From the NCBI GenBank assembly GCA_046861655.1, contig JBHIAI010000002.1, positions 41,873 to 105,872 of the forward strand: a stretch of DNA of 64,000 nucleotides, in the 5' to 3' direction. The DNA comes from Fidelibacterota bacterium (GTDB taxonomy: Bacteria > Fidelibacterota > Marinisomatia > Marinisomatales > S15-B10). Shown here piece after piece: positions 9,486 to 18,060 of the stretch. The notes under the pieces were generated by a model that was not told where the DNA came from, made no database searches, and saw nothing but the letters and a program-made list of their open reading frames with translations. The position numbers and the translations under genes are program-made. Every line of letters begins with the position of its first letter. The stretch's first letter is position 1.

Positions 9486-11063
9486 ATGAAACACAGGTTG
9501 AGGGGTATCCTTGGCGGGGGAGCCGTAGTTGCCGTTTTGGCTGTCCTCGCTGTGGGGCAGGAGTCCACGTTTCTGGCTCAGAAGCTCATGCTGGAAAACG
9601 ATTTAAGGAAGCGTATTACGGGAGCTCTTGAAAAAATCCTGGACGACCACCGTTACGTCCTGGATGTGACCGTGGATTTGAAGTTCACGCCCGCCGTTCG
9701 CGAGGAAGTGACATTCGCACCCGAGGAGGTCCCGGCCCAAGTAAAACCAGCTCTCAGAGAAAAGATGGGTGCTCGGGAACAACCAGAAGAGGTGGCGGGC
9801 CGGAAGAAGTCCCGGGTGACGGGACTTCCCATTCCGGGATTTGATTTTCAGGTGGAAGAGGAACCTGCGCCAGGGCTGGAGGAACCGTCTGCTGTTGAAA
9901 CCGAAAAGGAGGATGAATCCGTCCAGGAGGGACCGGCCAGAAAAGGGGCCAGAGTGATCCGCCAGTCCTATACGGACATCAGTACATCCATGCCGGTGAT
10001 CAGGAAGATGGAAATCAGCTGCATTCTCCCCGAGGGGTCCTCTCCTGAGCTCATCGAGAACGTTCGACAGATTATCATGGTGGCTTCCCATTTCGACCGG
10101 AGTCGCGGGGATGTCCTGAGTGTTATGACGGCGTCGTTCAAGGAGAGAAAGGACGAGAGGACGGCGGAGGCCATCATCTTAAGAAGTATTGCGGAAAAAA
10201 TTGATCAGCTTGAGGAGAGACAGGCGGAGACCGACGCTCAGGTAGTCGAGGACTGGCGCAGGGAGTTGGAACAGTGGAAACAGGAGGAATCCCGGCGCCA
10301 GGAGGAAGAACGGTCCGTCTGGCGAACCGAACTCGAAAGGCTGGAGAATGACCGCCTTCGTCGGGAATTTGAACGGGAAAAAAGAGCCATTCTGGAGCGT
10401 GATTCCCTGGAACTGGCAGCCTTAACTCAGGAAATCGATGAGTTAAGAGCCATGCTGACCACCGCCGATCTGACGCCTCAAGAGCAACAGACGGCTCAGG
10501 ATCAGGTGGCGATCAAGGAGAGGAAGCGGGCTCAGATCGACTCTGTGATTGATGAGAAACTGGCTTTTCTTGAGGAGACCCGCCAGGAAATGAGGGAACT
10601 GGACAGGGCAGGAGTGAGCAATCTCCCCATTTATCTGATGAGTGCTATTTCGCTTCTGGCCGTAGCTGCCCTGGCGGCGGTGATCATTTTCAACGGCCGG
10701 AGTCGTCCCCGTTATATGGTACCCCCTCCATGGCTCATGAGGCCGCCCAGCAAAAAAAAAGTGACTAAGGAGAAAAAAGAGGATGAGGACAAGGGCGAGG
10801 GACCCAAGGCGGCGCCGCCTCCCCCACCTCCGCCCACGCCCCCGGAACCGGAAGAAGATCCCAGTGTCCTCCAGTCAGAAATCAAATCTATGCGGCAGTC
10901 CATTGTGTCCATGAGCGTGGGACAGCCCGAGACGGCCACCGATATCGTTAAAGAGTGGTTGGAAGAAGAAGCGCCCGCACCTCCCGAGGAAGCGCCGGCG
11001 GCCGTAACTCCCCCTTCCCCCGAAGAAAAGGATGAGGGGAAAAAGAAAAAGAAGAAAAAGTAG
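9486..11063 (+). CDS. FliF-like ring protein (RBM3/beta-collar + coiled coil + TM + FliG-binding C-terminus)
   Basis: LENDLRKRITGALEKILDDHRYVLDVTVDLKF and IRKMEISCIL...IENVRQIIMVASHFDRSRGDVLSVMTASF resemble the two halves of FliF RBM3. TM LPIYLMSAISLLAVAALAAVIIF. Tail QPETATDIVKEWLEEE. Confidence 0.75.
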   Translation: MKHRLRGILGGGAVVAVLAVLAVGQESTFLAQKLMLENDLRKRITGALEKILDDHRYVLDVTVDLKFTPAVREEVTFAPEEVPAQVKPALREKMGAREQPEEVAGRKKSRVTGLPIPGFDFQVEEEPAPGLEEPSAVETEKEDESVQEGPARKGARVIRQSYTDISTSMPVIRKMEISCILPEGSSPELIENVRQIIMVASHFDRSRGDVLSVMTASFKERKDERTAEAIILRSIAEKIDQLEERQAETDAQVVEDWRRELEQWKQEESRRQEEERSVWRTELERLENDRLRREFEREKRAILERDSLELAALTQEIDELRAMLTTADLTPQEQQTAQDQVAIKERKRAQIDSVIDEKLAFLEETRQEMRELDRAGVSNLPIYLMSAISLLAVAALAAVIIFNGRSRPRYMVPPPWLMRPPSKKKVTKEKKEDEDKGEGPKAAPPPPPPPTPPEPEEDPSVLQSEIKSMRQSIVSMSVGQPETATDIVKEWLEEEAPAPPEEAPAAVTPPSPEEKDEGKKKKKKK

Positions 11064-11072
11064 AGTCAACGC

Positions 11073-12002
11073 ATGATTACCGATTACAATCGTTTGTCCG
11101 GCCTGGATAAGGTGGCCATCCTTTTCTCTGTACTGGGAGAAGGTCTGGCGGTGAAAGTTGTGAAGGGACTGGAAGAGGCGGACCTGCGGCGGATCCGGGC
11201 TCGCGTCCGTGAAATGGAGGCAGTGTCTACGTCGGTAAAGAAGAAGGTCGTGGACCAATTCTACCTGGCGTTCGTATCCAGGAAACTGGAGGATGAGACC
11301 GGCGGAGACACCAAACGGCCCTTTGCCTTCTTGGAAAACTTAGCCGACGAACAGCTGGGAGCCCTCCTGGAAGTGGAAGAACCGAGAATCATTGCCATGG
11401 CTCTGGCTCAGGTGCCTACCGACAGGCAGGTTTTTGTGATGGCCCGCCTGACACCGGAAACGAAGGGGCAGGTGCTTATGGAAATGGGCAACCTGGGGAA
11501 TGTTCCCCTGGAGGCCGTGGTCACTGTGGCTACGGATCTGGAGAAAAAATCCCACTTCCTTCCCCGTGGTGTGGACTTCTCCCGGGGAGGGGGTAAGAAC
11601 GTGGCTGATATTCTTGAGAAACTTTCCCCTGAGGAAGGAGAAAAGTTTCTGGAAGCCATCGCCCGGGAGTCTCCTGACCTGGCCAAAGAGATCAAGAGAT
11701 ATCACCTTACCTTCGACGACGTGTTCAGATTTCCCGACAGCCTCTTGAGGGACCTCATGAATTCGGTGGAGCTGGATACAGTGGCCTTGGCCATGAAGGG
11801 TCAATCCGAGGAGATTGTTGACCGGGTTATCAGTAACCTTCCCCAGAAGAAACAGGCCATGTACGAGCCGGTGGAACGAGCGGTTCCCAAAAGGGAGGTG
11901 GATAACGCCAGAAAAGCCATTGTGGATGCTGCCCGGCAGATGGAAAAGGACGGACGCATTAATCTGGAAGATATTCTGGGTGGCAGCGAAATGGTGGAAT
12001 AG
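11073..12002 (+). CDS. fliG: FliG-like rotor protein (shortened)
   Basis: LSGLDKVAILFSVLG (N domain), RPFAFL, EEPRIIAMAL (EHPQ position), GGGKNVADIL, PDLAKEIK..HLTFDD (MFxF position), VALAMKG, final helix IVDAARQMEKDGRI. Confidence 0.88.
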   Translation: MITDYNRLSGLDKVAILFSVLGEGLAVKVVKGLEEADLRRIRARVREMEAVSTSVKKKVVDQFYLAFVSRKLEDETGGDTKRPFAFLENLADEQLGALLEVEEPRIIAMALAQVPTDRQVFVMARLTPETKGQVLMEMGNLGNVPLEAVVTVATDLEKKSHFLPRGVDFSRGGGKNVADILEKLSPEEGEKFLEAIARESPDLAKEIKRYHLTFDDVFRFPDSLLRDLMNSVELDTVALAMKGQSEEIVDRVISNLPQKKQAMYEPVERAVPKREVDNARKAIVDAARQMEKDGRINLEDILGGSEMVE

Positions 12003-12842
12003 GTGTCTTTGTTCCGTCCTCGGTCAAGAAGCCTTCCCTGGGAAAGGACGGGAAGGCTTTTTCATATCTTTCCTGTGAGATTGGGAGCCCTGGGACTGAT
12101 GGCAGTGGTGTCCACGGGTGTCTCCGGAAAACCTTCCCCCGTTACTCCGGGGGGAGAGGCCGGTTGGGAACGATCCCTCGCAGCCTCGTTTTCCACCCAG
12201 GGCGGAAACACCAATCTGTCCAGTTACGCCCTGGCCTTTACGGTGGATTATACGGGGGATCTCCGTGTAGCAGGCGTGGATTTCAACGACAGTGAGTTCC
12301 ACGCGTTCGTCCGTCATAAACGGGGGAAACTGGACAGGTCTTTATATGAAGACGATGGGAGTGCGTCCTTGCTGTTTGACATCATGGCCCATGGCAAATT
12401 CTCCCCTTTTTTCCTTTCTTACTGGGCCTACGATTCCACCACGGGCCTCGATGAACGAATTCAGCTCGGAGCTGGAGGCAAGTACACCGTCGCCGGGGGA
12501 TTCTCCCTGAGCCTTGCCTATCTGTTTGAGGTGGAGGGCTATAAGGGTGAGTCCAGAACCCGGCAGTATCGATTGTCGTTTCGACCCAAGTACAAGAGGA
12601 CCTTCTCCAGCGGTGTGTCCCTTAACACCCTGGTATTCATCCAGCCCCTGGTCCTGGATCCCGGCAGATTTCTCATTGACAGCCATGTGAGTGTGACCGT
12701 TCCCACCCCGGTGAAGATACTGGCAGATGACAAGAAACTCGAGGTGACTCTGAGGTGGAGGGAACAATTCAACTCCCGTCCCCCCGGTTCGGTCCAGAAG
12801 CGGGACAGCGATCTTGACCTTGGCCTGATGATTTCGTTTTAG
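12003..12842 (+). CDS. DUF481-like outer-membrane beta-barrel protein
   Basis: S/T-x-GNT motif (FSTQGGNTN), GLDERIQLGAGGKY, FNSRPPGSVQKRD..L.LGLMISF with terminal Phe. The true start may be slightly downstream. Confidence 0.65.
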   Translation: MSLFRPRSRSLPWERTGRLFHIFPVRLGALGLMAVVSTGVSGKPSPVTPGGEAGWERSLAASFSTQGGNTNLSSYALAFTVDYTGDLRVAGVDFNDSEFHAFVRHKRGKLDRSLYEDDGSASLLFDIMAHGKFSPFFLSYWAYDSTTGLDERIQLGAGGKYTVAGGFSLSLAYLFEVEGYKGESRTRQYRLSFRPKYKRTFSSGVSLNTLVFIQPLVLDPGRFLIDSHVSVTVPTPVKILADDKKLEVTLRWREQFNSRPPGSVQKRDSDLDLGLMISF

Positions 12843-12860
12843 ATCACGGGGTAGAGTAGT

Positions 12861-14279
12861 ATGGAAAAGGAAATCCACGAGTTGAATCTGGAGGGAACCA
12901 CCTTCCGGACCATCATTGAACCGTTCAGAATCAAGTCTGTGGAACCCATCCGGATCACCACCCGGGATGAGAGGGAAACGATTCTTCAACAGGCCTTCTA
13001 CAATGTGTTTCTCATCCGGTCCAGGGACGTTATCATCGATCTTCTCACCGACAGCGGTACCAACGCCATGAGTTCGGACCAGTGGAGCGGAATAATGCGA
13101 GGCGATGAGACCTACGCCGGTAGTGAGAGCTATGGCCGTTTTGAGAATACGGTCAAGGATATCTTCGGATTCAAGCATGTCATTCCGACCCACCAGGGAA
13201 GAGCCGCCGAGAGGATTCTGTTTACGGTCATGTGCCGGCCGGGAGATGTGGTTCCCAACAACACCCACTTCGACACCACCCGGGCCAACGTAGAATTCCG
13301 GGGAGCGGTGGCGAAAGATCTCCCCATTGAAGAAGGGCGAGATCCCCAGAATCCCCATCCGTTCAAGGGGAACATGGACCTGGCAAAACTGGAGGCACTG
13401 ATCACCCGGGAGGGGAAGGAAAAGATTCCCCTTTGCATGGTGACGATCACCAACAACTCCGGGGGAGGCCAGCCGGTGTCCATGGAGAACCTACGGGCCA
13501 CGAAGACCCTGGTATCCCGGTATGGGATTCCCCTCTACCTGGACGCATGCCGGTTCGCTGAGAATGCTTATTTGATTAAGTTAAGGGAAAAAGGGTACGA
13601 GAATAAGCCGGTCAGGGAGATCGTGGCGGAAATGATGAGCTACGCCGACGGGTGCACCATGAGTGCCAAAAAGGACGGCCTGGCCAACATCGGAGGATTT
13701 CTCTGCACCAACGATGATCTTCTGGCCCGGCAGGAAAGGGACCTTCTGATTCTCACTGAAGGCTTTCCCACCTACGGGGGCATGGCGGGAAGGGACCTGG
13801 AGGCCATCGCCATCGGTCTGGAAGAGGCGATTCACGAAGATTATCTCATCTACCGGATTGCCGAAACCCAGTACTTGGGGAAACACCTGGAGGAAATAGG
13901 GTTTCCCATTGTGCAACCCCCGGGAGGTCACGCCGTATACGTGGATGCTAACGCCACGTTACCCCATATGGATCCTCTGGAATACCCCGGTCAGGCTCTG
14001 ACGGCTGAACTTTACCTTGCAGGGGGGATCAGGGCGGTGGAAATTGGGTCCGTCATGTTCGGGAAGGAAGACCCGGAGACGGGAAAGGAACAACCGGCGG
14101 CCATGGAGTTGGTTCGACTTGCCATTCCCCGGCGGGTGTACACGCAGAGTCATATCGATTATGTCATTGAGGTGTGCAAGAGAGTCTGGAAACGCCGGGA
14201 ATCTCTCAAAGGGTTTCGAATCACTGAACAGGCCCCGTTTCTTCGTCACTTTACCGCTAAGTTTGAACCCCTTGATTAG
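12861..14279 (+). CDS. tnaA: Tryptophanase (beta-eliminating lyase; tyrosine phenol-lyase not excluded)
   Basis: EPFRIKSVEPI, IDLLTDSGT, THQGRAAE, TITNNSGGGQPVS, MSAKKDG (PLP Lys), EGFPTYGG, RLAIPRRVYT, LRHFTA. Confidence 0.85.
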   Translation: MEKEIHELNLEGTTFRTIIEPFRIKSVEPIRITTRDERETILQQAFYNVFLIRSRDVIIDLLTDSGTNAMSSDQWSGIMRGDETYAGSESYGRFENTVKDIFGFKHVIPTHQGRAAERILFTVMCRPGDVVPNNTHFDTTRANVEFRGAVAKDLPIEEGRDPQNPHPFKGNMDLAKLEALITREGKEKIPLCMVTITNNSGGGQPVSMENLRATKTLVSRYGIPLYLDACRFAENAYLIKLREKGYENKPVREIVAEMMSYADGCTMSAKKDGLANIGGFLCTNDDLLARQERDLLILTEGFPTYGGMAGRDLEAIAIGLEEAIHEDYLIYRIAETQYLGKHLEEIGFPIVQPPGGHAVYVDANATLPHMDPLEYPGQALTAELYLAGGIRAVEIGSVMFGKEDPETGKEQPAAMELVRLAIPRRVYTQSHIDYVIEVCKRVWKRRESLKGFRITEQAPFLRHFTAKFEPLD

Positions 14280-14285
14280 CCGGCG

Positions 14286-15470
14286 ATGCCAGGTACCAGA
14301 AAAATCCATCATCTCCTGATCGCGGGTGCCTTGATTCTGACCGCGTGCACCGAGTCCCCGAGAAAGTTTCACGACCGGGCCTATGTTGCCGACACCCACA
14401 ATGATGTCCTTCTGCGGGTCATGAGGGGGGAGGACATTGCCGTGAGAACTTCATCGGGGCATTCCGACGTTCCGAGGTTGGAAGAGGGGGGCGTCGACAT
14501 GCAGGTGTTTTCGGTCTGGGTGGACCCGGCCACCTATGGGTCTGGCAGCTCTTTTCAAAGGGCGAACGAGATGATCGATTCTCTGGTCAGCCTTGCGGAA
14601 AGAATTCCCCAGCGGCTGGAGATTGCCCGCTCCTACGACGATCTGGAACGGCTCGAGCGGGAAGGAAAACTGGCGGCTGTCATTGGCGTTGAAGGGGGAC
14701 ACGCCATCGAAAACAGCCTGGAAAAGCTAAAGGTTCTTCACCAGCGGGGAATGCGCTATCTTACCGTCACCTGGAATAACTCCCTGGATTGGGCCAGCTC
14801 AGCCAAGGATGAGACAAAGGGAGATATGGGACCCTTCGCCGGACTCAATAAGTTCGGCAGGGAGGTGATCCGTTCCTGCAATGACCTGGGGGTGATGGTG
14901 GATGTGTCACACGCGGGGGAACAGACCTTCTGGGATATCATAGGGAGCACCACCCGTCCTGTTATCGCCTCCCACTCTTCCGTGTATGCCATCTGTCCCC
15001 ATTTTCGCAACCTCAAAGATGACCAGCTTCAGGCCATCAAGGATAACGGCGGTGTGGTGTTTGTTAATTTTTTCCCGGGTTATCTGGACAGCACCTTCGA
15101 AGGCCGGTACCTCCAGGTGGAAAAAGCCCATCAGGAGGAACTGGATTCCCTGGCGGGGATCTATTCACGGGACTCTGAGGATTTCTGGTATGGACGGATT
15201 CAGATCCTTCGGGATGATCTTTCCACCGTGGCACCCCCCGTGGACCTCCTCATCGATCACATTGACTATATCGCAAACTTGATCGGTGTTGACCATGTTG
15301 GACTGGGATCGGATTTTGATGGGGTCTCGGTCCTGCCCCGGGGAATGGAAGACGCCACCCGGGTTCCCCTGATTACGGAAAAACTCCTCCAACGGGGTTA
15401 CTCCAGGAGGGATGTAAGGAAGATCCTGGGGGAGAATTTCAAGCGTGTTTTCCGGGAGACCGTAGGGTGA
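14286..15470 (+). CDS. Membrane dipeptidase (peptidase M19), probable lipoprotein
   Basis: LTAC lipobox; DTHND, GVEGGH, VDVSH, ASHS, RNL.D, GLGSDFDG, KILGENF.RV. Confidence 0.9.
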   Translation: MPGTRKIHHLLIAGALILTACTESPRKFHDRAYVADTHNDVLLRVMRGEDIAVRTSSGHSDVPRLEEGGVDMQVFSVWVDPATYGSGSSFQRANEMIDSLVSLAERIPQRLEIARSYDDLERLEREGKLAAVIGVEGGHAIENSLEKLKVLHQRGMRYLTVTWNNSLDWASSAKDETKGDMGPFAGLNKFGREVIRSCNDLGVMVDVSHAGEQTFWDIIGSTTRPVIASHSSVYAICPHFRNLKDDQLQAIKDNGGVVFVNFFPGYLDSTFEGRYLQVEKAHQEELDSLAGIYSRDSEDFWYGRIQILRDDLSTVAPPVDLLIDHIDYIANLIGVDHVGLGSDFDGVSVLPRGMEDATRVPLITEKLLQRGYSRRDVRKILGENFKRVFRETVG

Positions 15471-15479
15471 TCCGGGGAG

Positions 15480-17087
15480 TTATTCTCTGATCTGATCTGG
15501 AAGGTCGGGATACTGGCCCGCATTCTTGCGGGGGCGAACCGTGTTCTGAGCCAAACCCCACGCGGTAGCATACACGAGTTGGGTCACCTTTACCAGCTTG
15601 GTGAGATCGATCTTGTCCGGTGTGTCTGTGGGCTGGTGGTAATCCTCGTGGATACCGGCAAAGAAGAAAATCGCCGGAATGTCCCGGCTGGAGAACTGGT
15701 AATGGTCGCTCCGGTAATAATAGCGATTGGGATCATCCAGGCTGTTGTAACGATAGTTTGGGTACAGTCCCTCTATCTTCGTGGCGGCAAATTCATTAAC
15801 GGCATGAAGATCGTGACTGATCATGTCCGAACCGATAACGTAGATAGAGTCGGGGGCGTTTCGTCCAACCATGTCGATGTTTAAGTCGGCGATGGTATTC
15901 TCCAGGGGAATGAGAGGATGATGGACGTAATACCGGGAGCCCAGCAACCCTTTTTCCTCGCCTGAGAGGGCCAGAAACAGGAGGCCCCTTCGGGGAGATT
16001 CAGGATTCAGGACTACAGCCTGGGCAATCTCCATCAACGCGGCGGTCCCCGAGCCATTGTCATCGGCGCCAGGCCAGATGGTTCCCTCGTCGTTCTTTCC
16101 CAGATGGTCATAATGGGCAGAGATGACCACCGTTTCGTGGGCAACCTGGGGATCGGTTCCGGGTGCGTAGGCCGCTACATTCCGGGCGATGACGCTTTCC
16201 TTGTGAACGTCCACATGGATGTGAATTCGGCGACTTTCCAGGGAAACGGAATTGGGTCTGCCCGTGTCCTCCAGGTCCAACTGGAGATCTGCCAGTGAAG
16301 TATTCATCCCGGCCAGGATGCGGTCAGCGGCGCGGGAATTGACAAAGAATACGGGAACGGGCTTTTCGGAAGACGGCAGTACCATGCTCTCCCGGGACAG
16401 CCACCGGGACCACCGCTTGAATTTTCTTGAGAATATCTCATCCTTCCTGGGGTCGGGTGCTATGAGGAGGGCTTCCGCCGCCTGGGCTTTGGCCTGTTTG
16501 ACTTTTTCCCTCACGTCTGAATAATGGGTGTTCTTGTTTCCTGGTTCTCCATCCATGATCAGGACCATCTTATGGGTGACGTCCACGGAGGCATAATCAT
16601 CGTAGTCGTATTCCTGTGCCGTAACACCATATCCCGCATAGACCACGGGTGCCTGGATTTCTATGGAGGTCATGAGACCTCGAGGGGAAACGAAAAAGTC
16701 CTCTCCGTACTGAAACTCCTCTCGAACCCATCCCTCGCCTTCTTCATACACCAGAGTCAGGGTGGGATCATCCCCCAGGGTGGTTTTCAGAAGCTCATAG
16801 GGATGAAAAAAGGAACCATCAGGGTTCAGGGAGGTGAGTTCCAGCCGGCGAAACTGGGCGGCGATGTATTCAGCCGCCACCTGAAGACCCCGTTGTCCTG
16901 TTCCCCGCCCTTCAGCGGCGTCGGATGCCAGGAATCCCAGATGGGCCTCGAGATCACTCTTAGTGATGGAGTTCATCCCCTGGGCGATGGCTCCGATGTC
17001 GAAAACGGGGGAAAAGTAGACCCCCGCCTGTCCGTAGAGCAAGCAGGTGAGGAAAGTGGCGTAGAGGATTCGAATTCGCAACGTCAA
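15480..17087 (-). CDS. M28 family aminopeptidase with PA domain
   Basis: LASDAAEGRGTG, SAHYDHLG, GADDNGSG, GEEKGLLGS, NIDMVGR, RSDHY, DYHQPTD. Confidence 0.9.
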   Translation of the reverse strand: MTLRIRILYATFLTCLLYGQAGVYFSPVFDIGAIAQGMNSITKSDLEAHLGFLASDAAEGRGTGQRGLQVAAEYIAAQFRRLELTSLNPDGSFFHPYELLKTTLGDDPTLTLVYEEGEGWVREEFQYGEDFFVSPRGLMTSIEIQAPVVYAGYGVTAQEYDYDDYASVDVTHKMVLIMDGEPGNKNTHYSDVREKVKQAKAQAAEALLIAPDPRKDEIFSRKFKRWSRWLSRESMVLPSSEKPVPVFFVNSRAADRILAGMNTSLADLQLDLEDTGRPNSVSLESRRIHIHVDVHKESVIARNVAAYAPGTDPQVAHETVVISAHYDHLGKNDEGTIWPGADDNGSGTAALMEIAQAVVLNPESPRRGLLFLALSGEEKGLLGSRYYVHHPLIPLENTIADLNIDMVGRNAPDSIYVIGSDMISHDLHAVNEFAATKIEGLYPNYRYNSLDDPNRYYYRSDHYQFSSRDIPAIFFFAGIHEDYHQPTDTPDKIDLTKLVKVTQLVYATAWGLAQNTVRPRKNAGQYPDLPDQIRE

Positions 17088-17174
17088 GAAAAGTTACGGT
17101 CGCAAGGGGTAGGAAAAAAGATTGAAGGTCAGACAAAACTTTGGCAACATTCCCTTGAAGCAAAGGAGGTTGGT

Positions 17175-17918
17175 ATGAGAGGACTGGAAGGGAAAGTGGT
17201 GATCGTTACGGGATCGGGACAGGGAATTGGCCGGGAGACGGCCCTCCGCTTTGCCGAAGAAGGGGCAAAGGTTGTGGTGGCGGAAGTCAATCCATCAACG
17301 GGCCAGCGAGTGGCCCGAGAGCTTTCCGGTTCGGGGGCGGAAGCTCTGTTTGTTCAGGTGGACATAGCCCACAGGGACAGTGTTCGACAGATGGTTGCCG
17401 CGGTGAACAAAAGGTTTGGGCGTATCGACGTTCTGGTGAACAATGCCGGTGTCATACAAGACAGGACCCTGAAGAATATGACCGGTGACGAATTCGACCG
17501 GGTGATCCGGGTAAACCTCAAGGGAACCTTCGTTTGCACTCAGGAAGTGGTGGAAGTGATGCGTGAACAAGGATCGGGCGTCGTGTTGAATGCCACATCC
17601 GTTGTGGCCCTGTACGGAAATTTCGGTCAGACCAACTATGTGGCCAGCAAGAGTGGCATCATAGGGATGACCAGGGTGTGGGCCCGGGAGTTGGGCAAGG
17701 ACGGCATCCGGGTGAACGCCGTGGCTCCCGGTTTTATCATGACGGACATGCTAAAGGACATCCCGAAGGATGTGTTGAACGAGAAGGTGGACAAGATCCC
17801 CTTAAGGCGGATGGGCCATCCTGAAGAGGTGGCGGCCGTCTACTGCTTCCTGGCCAGTGAGGATGCCGGCTACATCACCGGTGCCGTCTTAAGTGTAGAC
17901 GGCGGCGTGGTGGTGTAA
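17175..17918 (+). CDS. fabG: SDR: 3-oxoacyl-ACP / acetoacetyl-CoA reductase
   Basis: AAGGAGG RBS before ATG 17175; TGSGQGIG, NNAG, NFGQTNYVASKSG, NAVAPGFI.TDM. Confidence 0.8.
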   Translation: MRGLEGKVVIVTGSGQGIGRETALRFAEEGAKVVVAEVNPSTGQRVARELSGSGAEALFVQVDIAHRDSVRQMVAAVNKRFGRIDVLVNNAGVIQDRTLKNMTGDEFDRVIRVNLKGTFVCTQEVVEVMREQGSGVVLNATSVVALYGNFGQTNYVASKSGIIGMTRVWARELGKDGIRVNAVAPGFIMTDMLKDIPKDVLNEKVDKIPLRRMGHPEEVAAVYCFLASEDAGYITGAVLSVDGGVVV

Positions 17919-18060
17919 AACCGTCGGCAGCGGGCAGTGGCAGTTAACAGTAAGAGATGAGAATCCAGCTATCAGCCGTCACGCGTTAAGGCGCGACGAA
18001 TTACGCATTCCGTTCTCAATGATCACTTCTGAATAATCAATTCCCTGTGTTCTCTATGGG

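Noticed and set aside
7917..12002. Ordinary flagellar gene cluster
   Set aside because: There are no fliE/H/I/M/N, export, rod, hook or filament genes in the window. FliF appears to lack RBM1-2 and the FliG switch motifs are degenerate. It cannot be fully excluded without the rest of the genome.
16524..17174. N-terminal 217-aa extension of the fabG ORF
   Set aside because: It is antisense to the M28 peptidase; a strong RBS and the SDR motif start at 17175.
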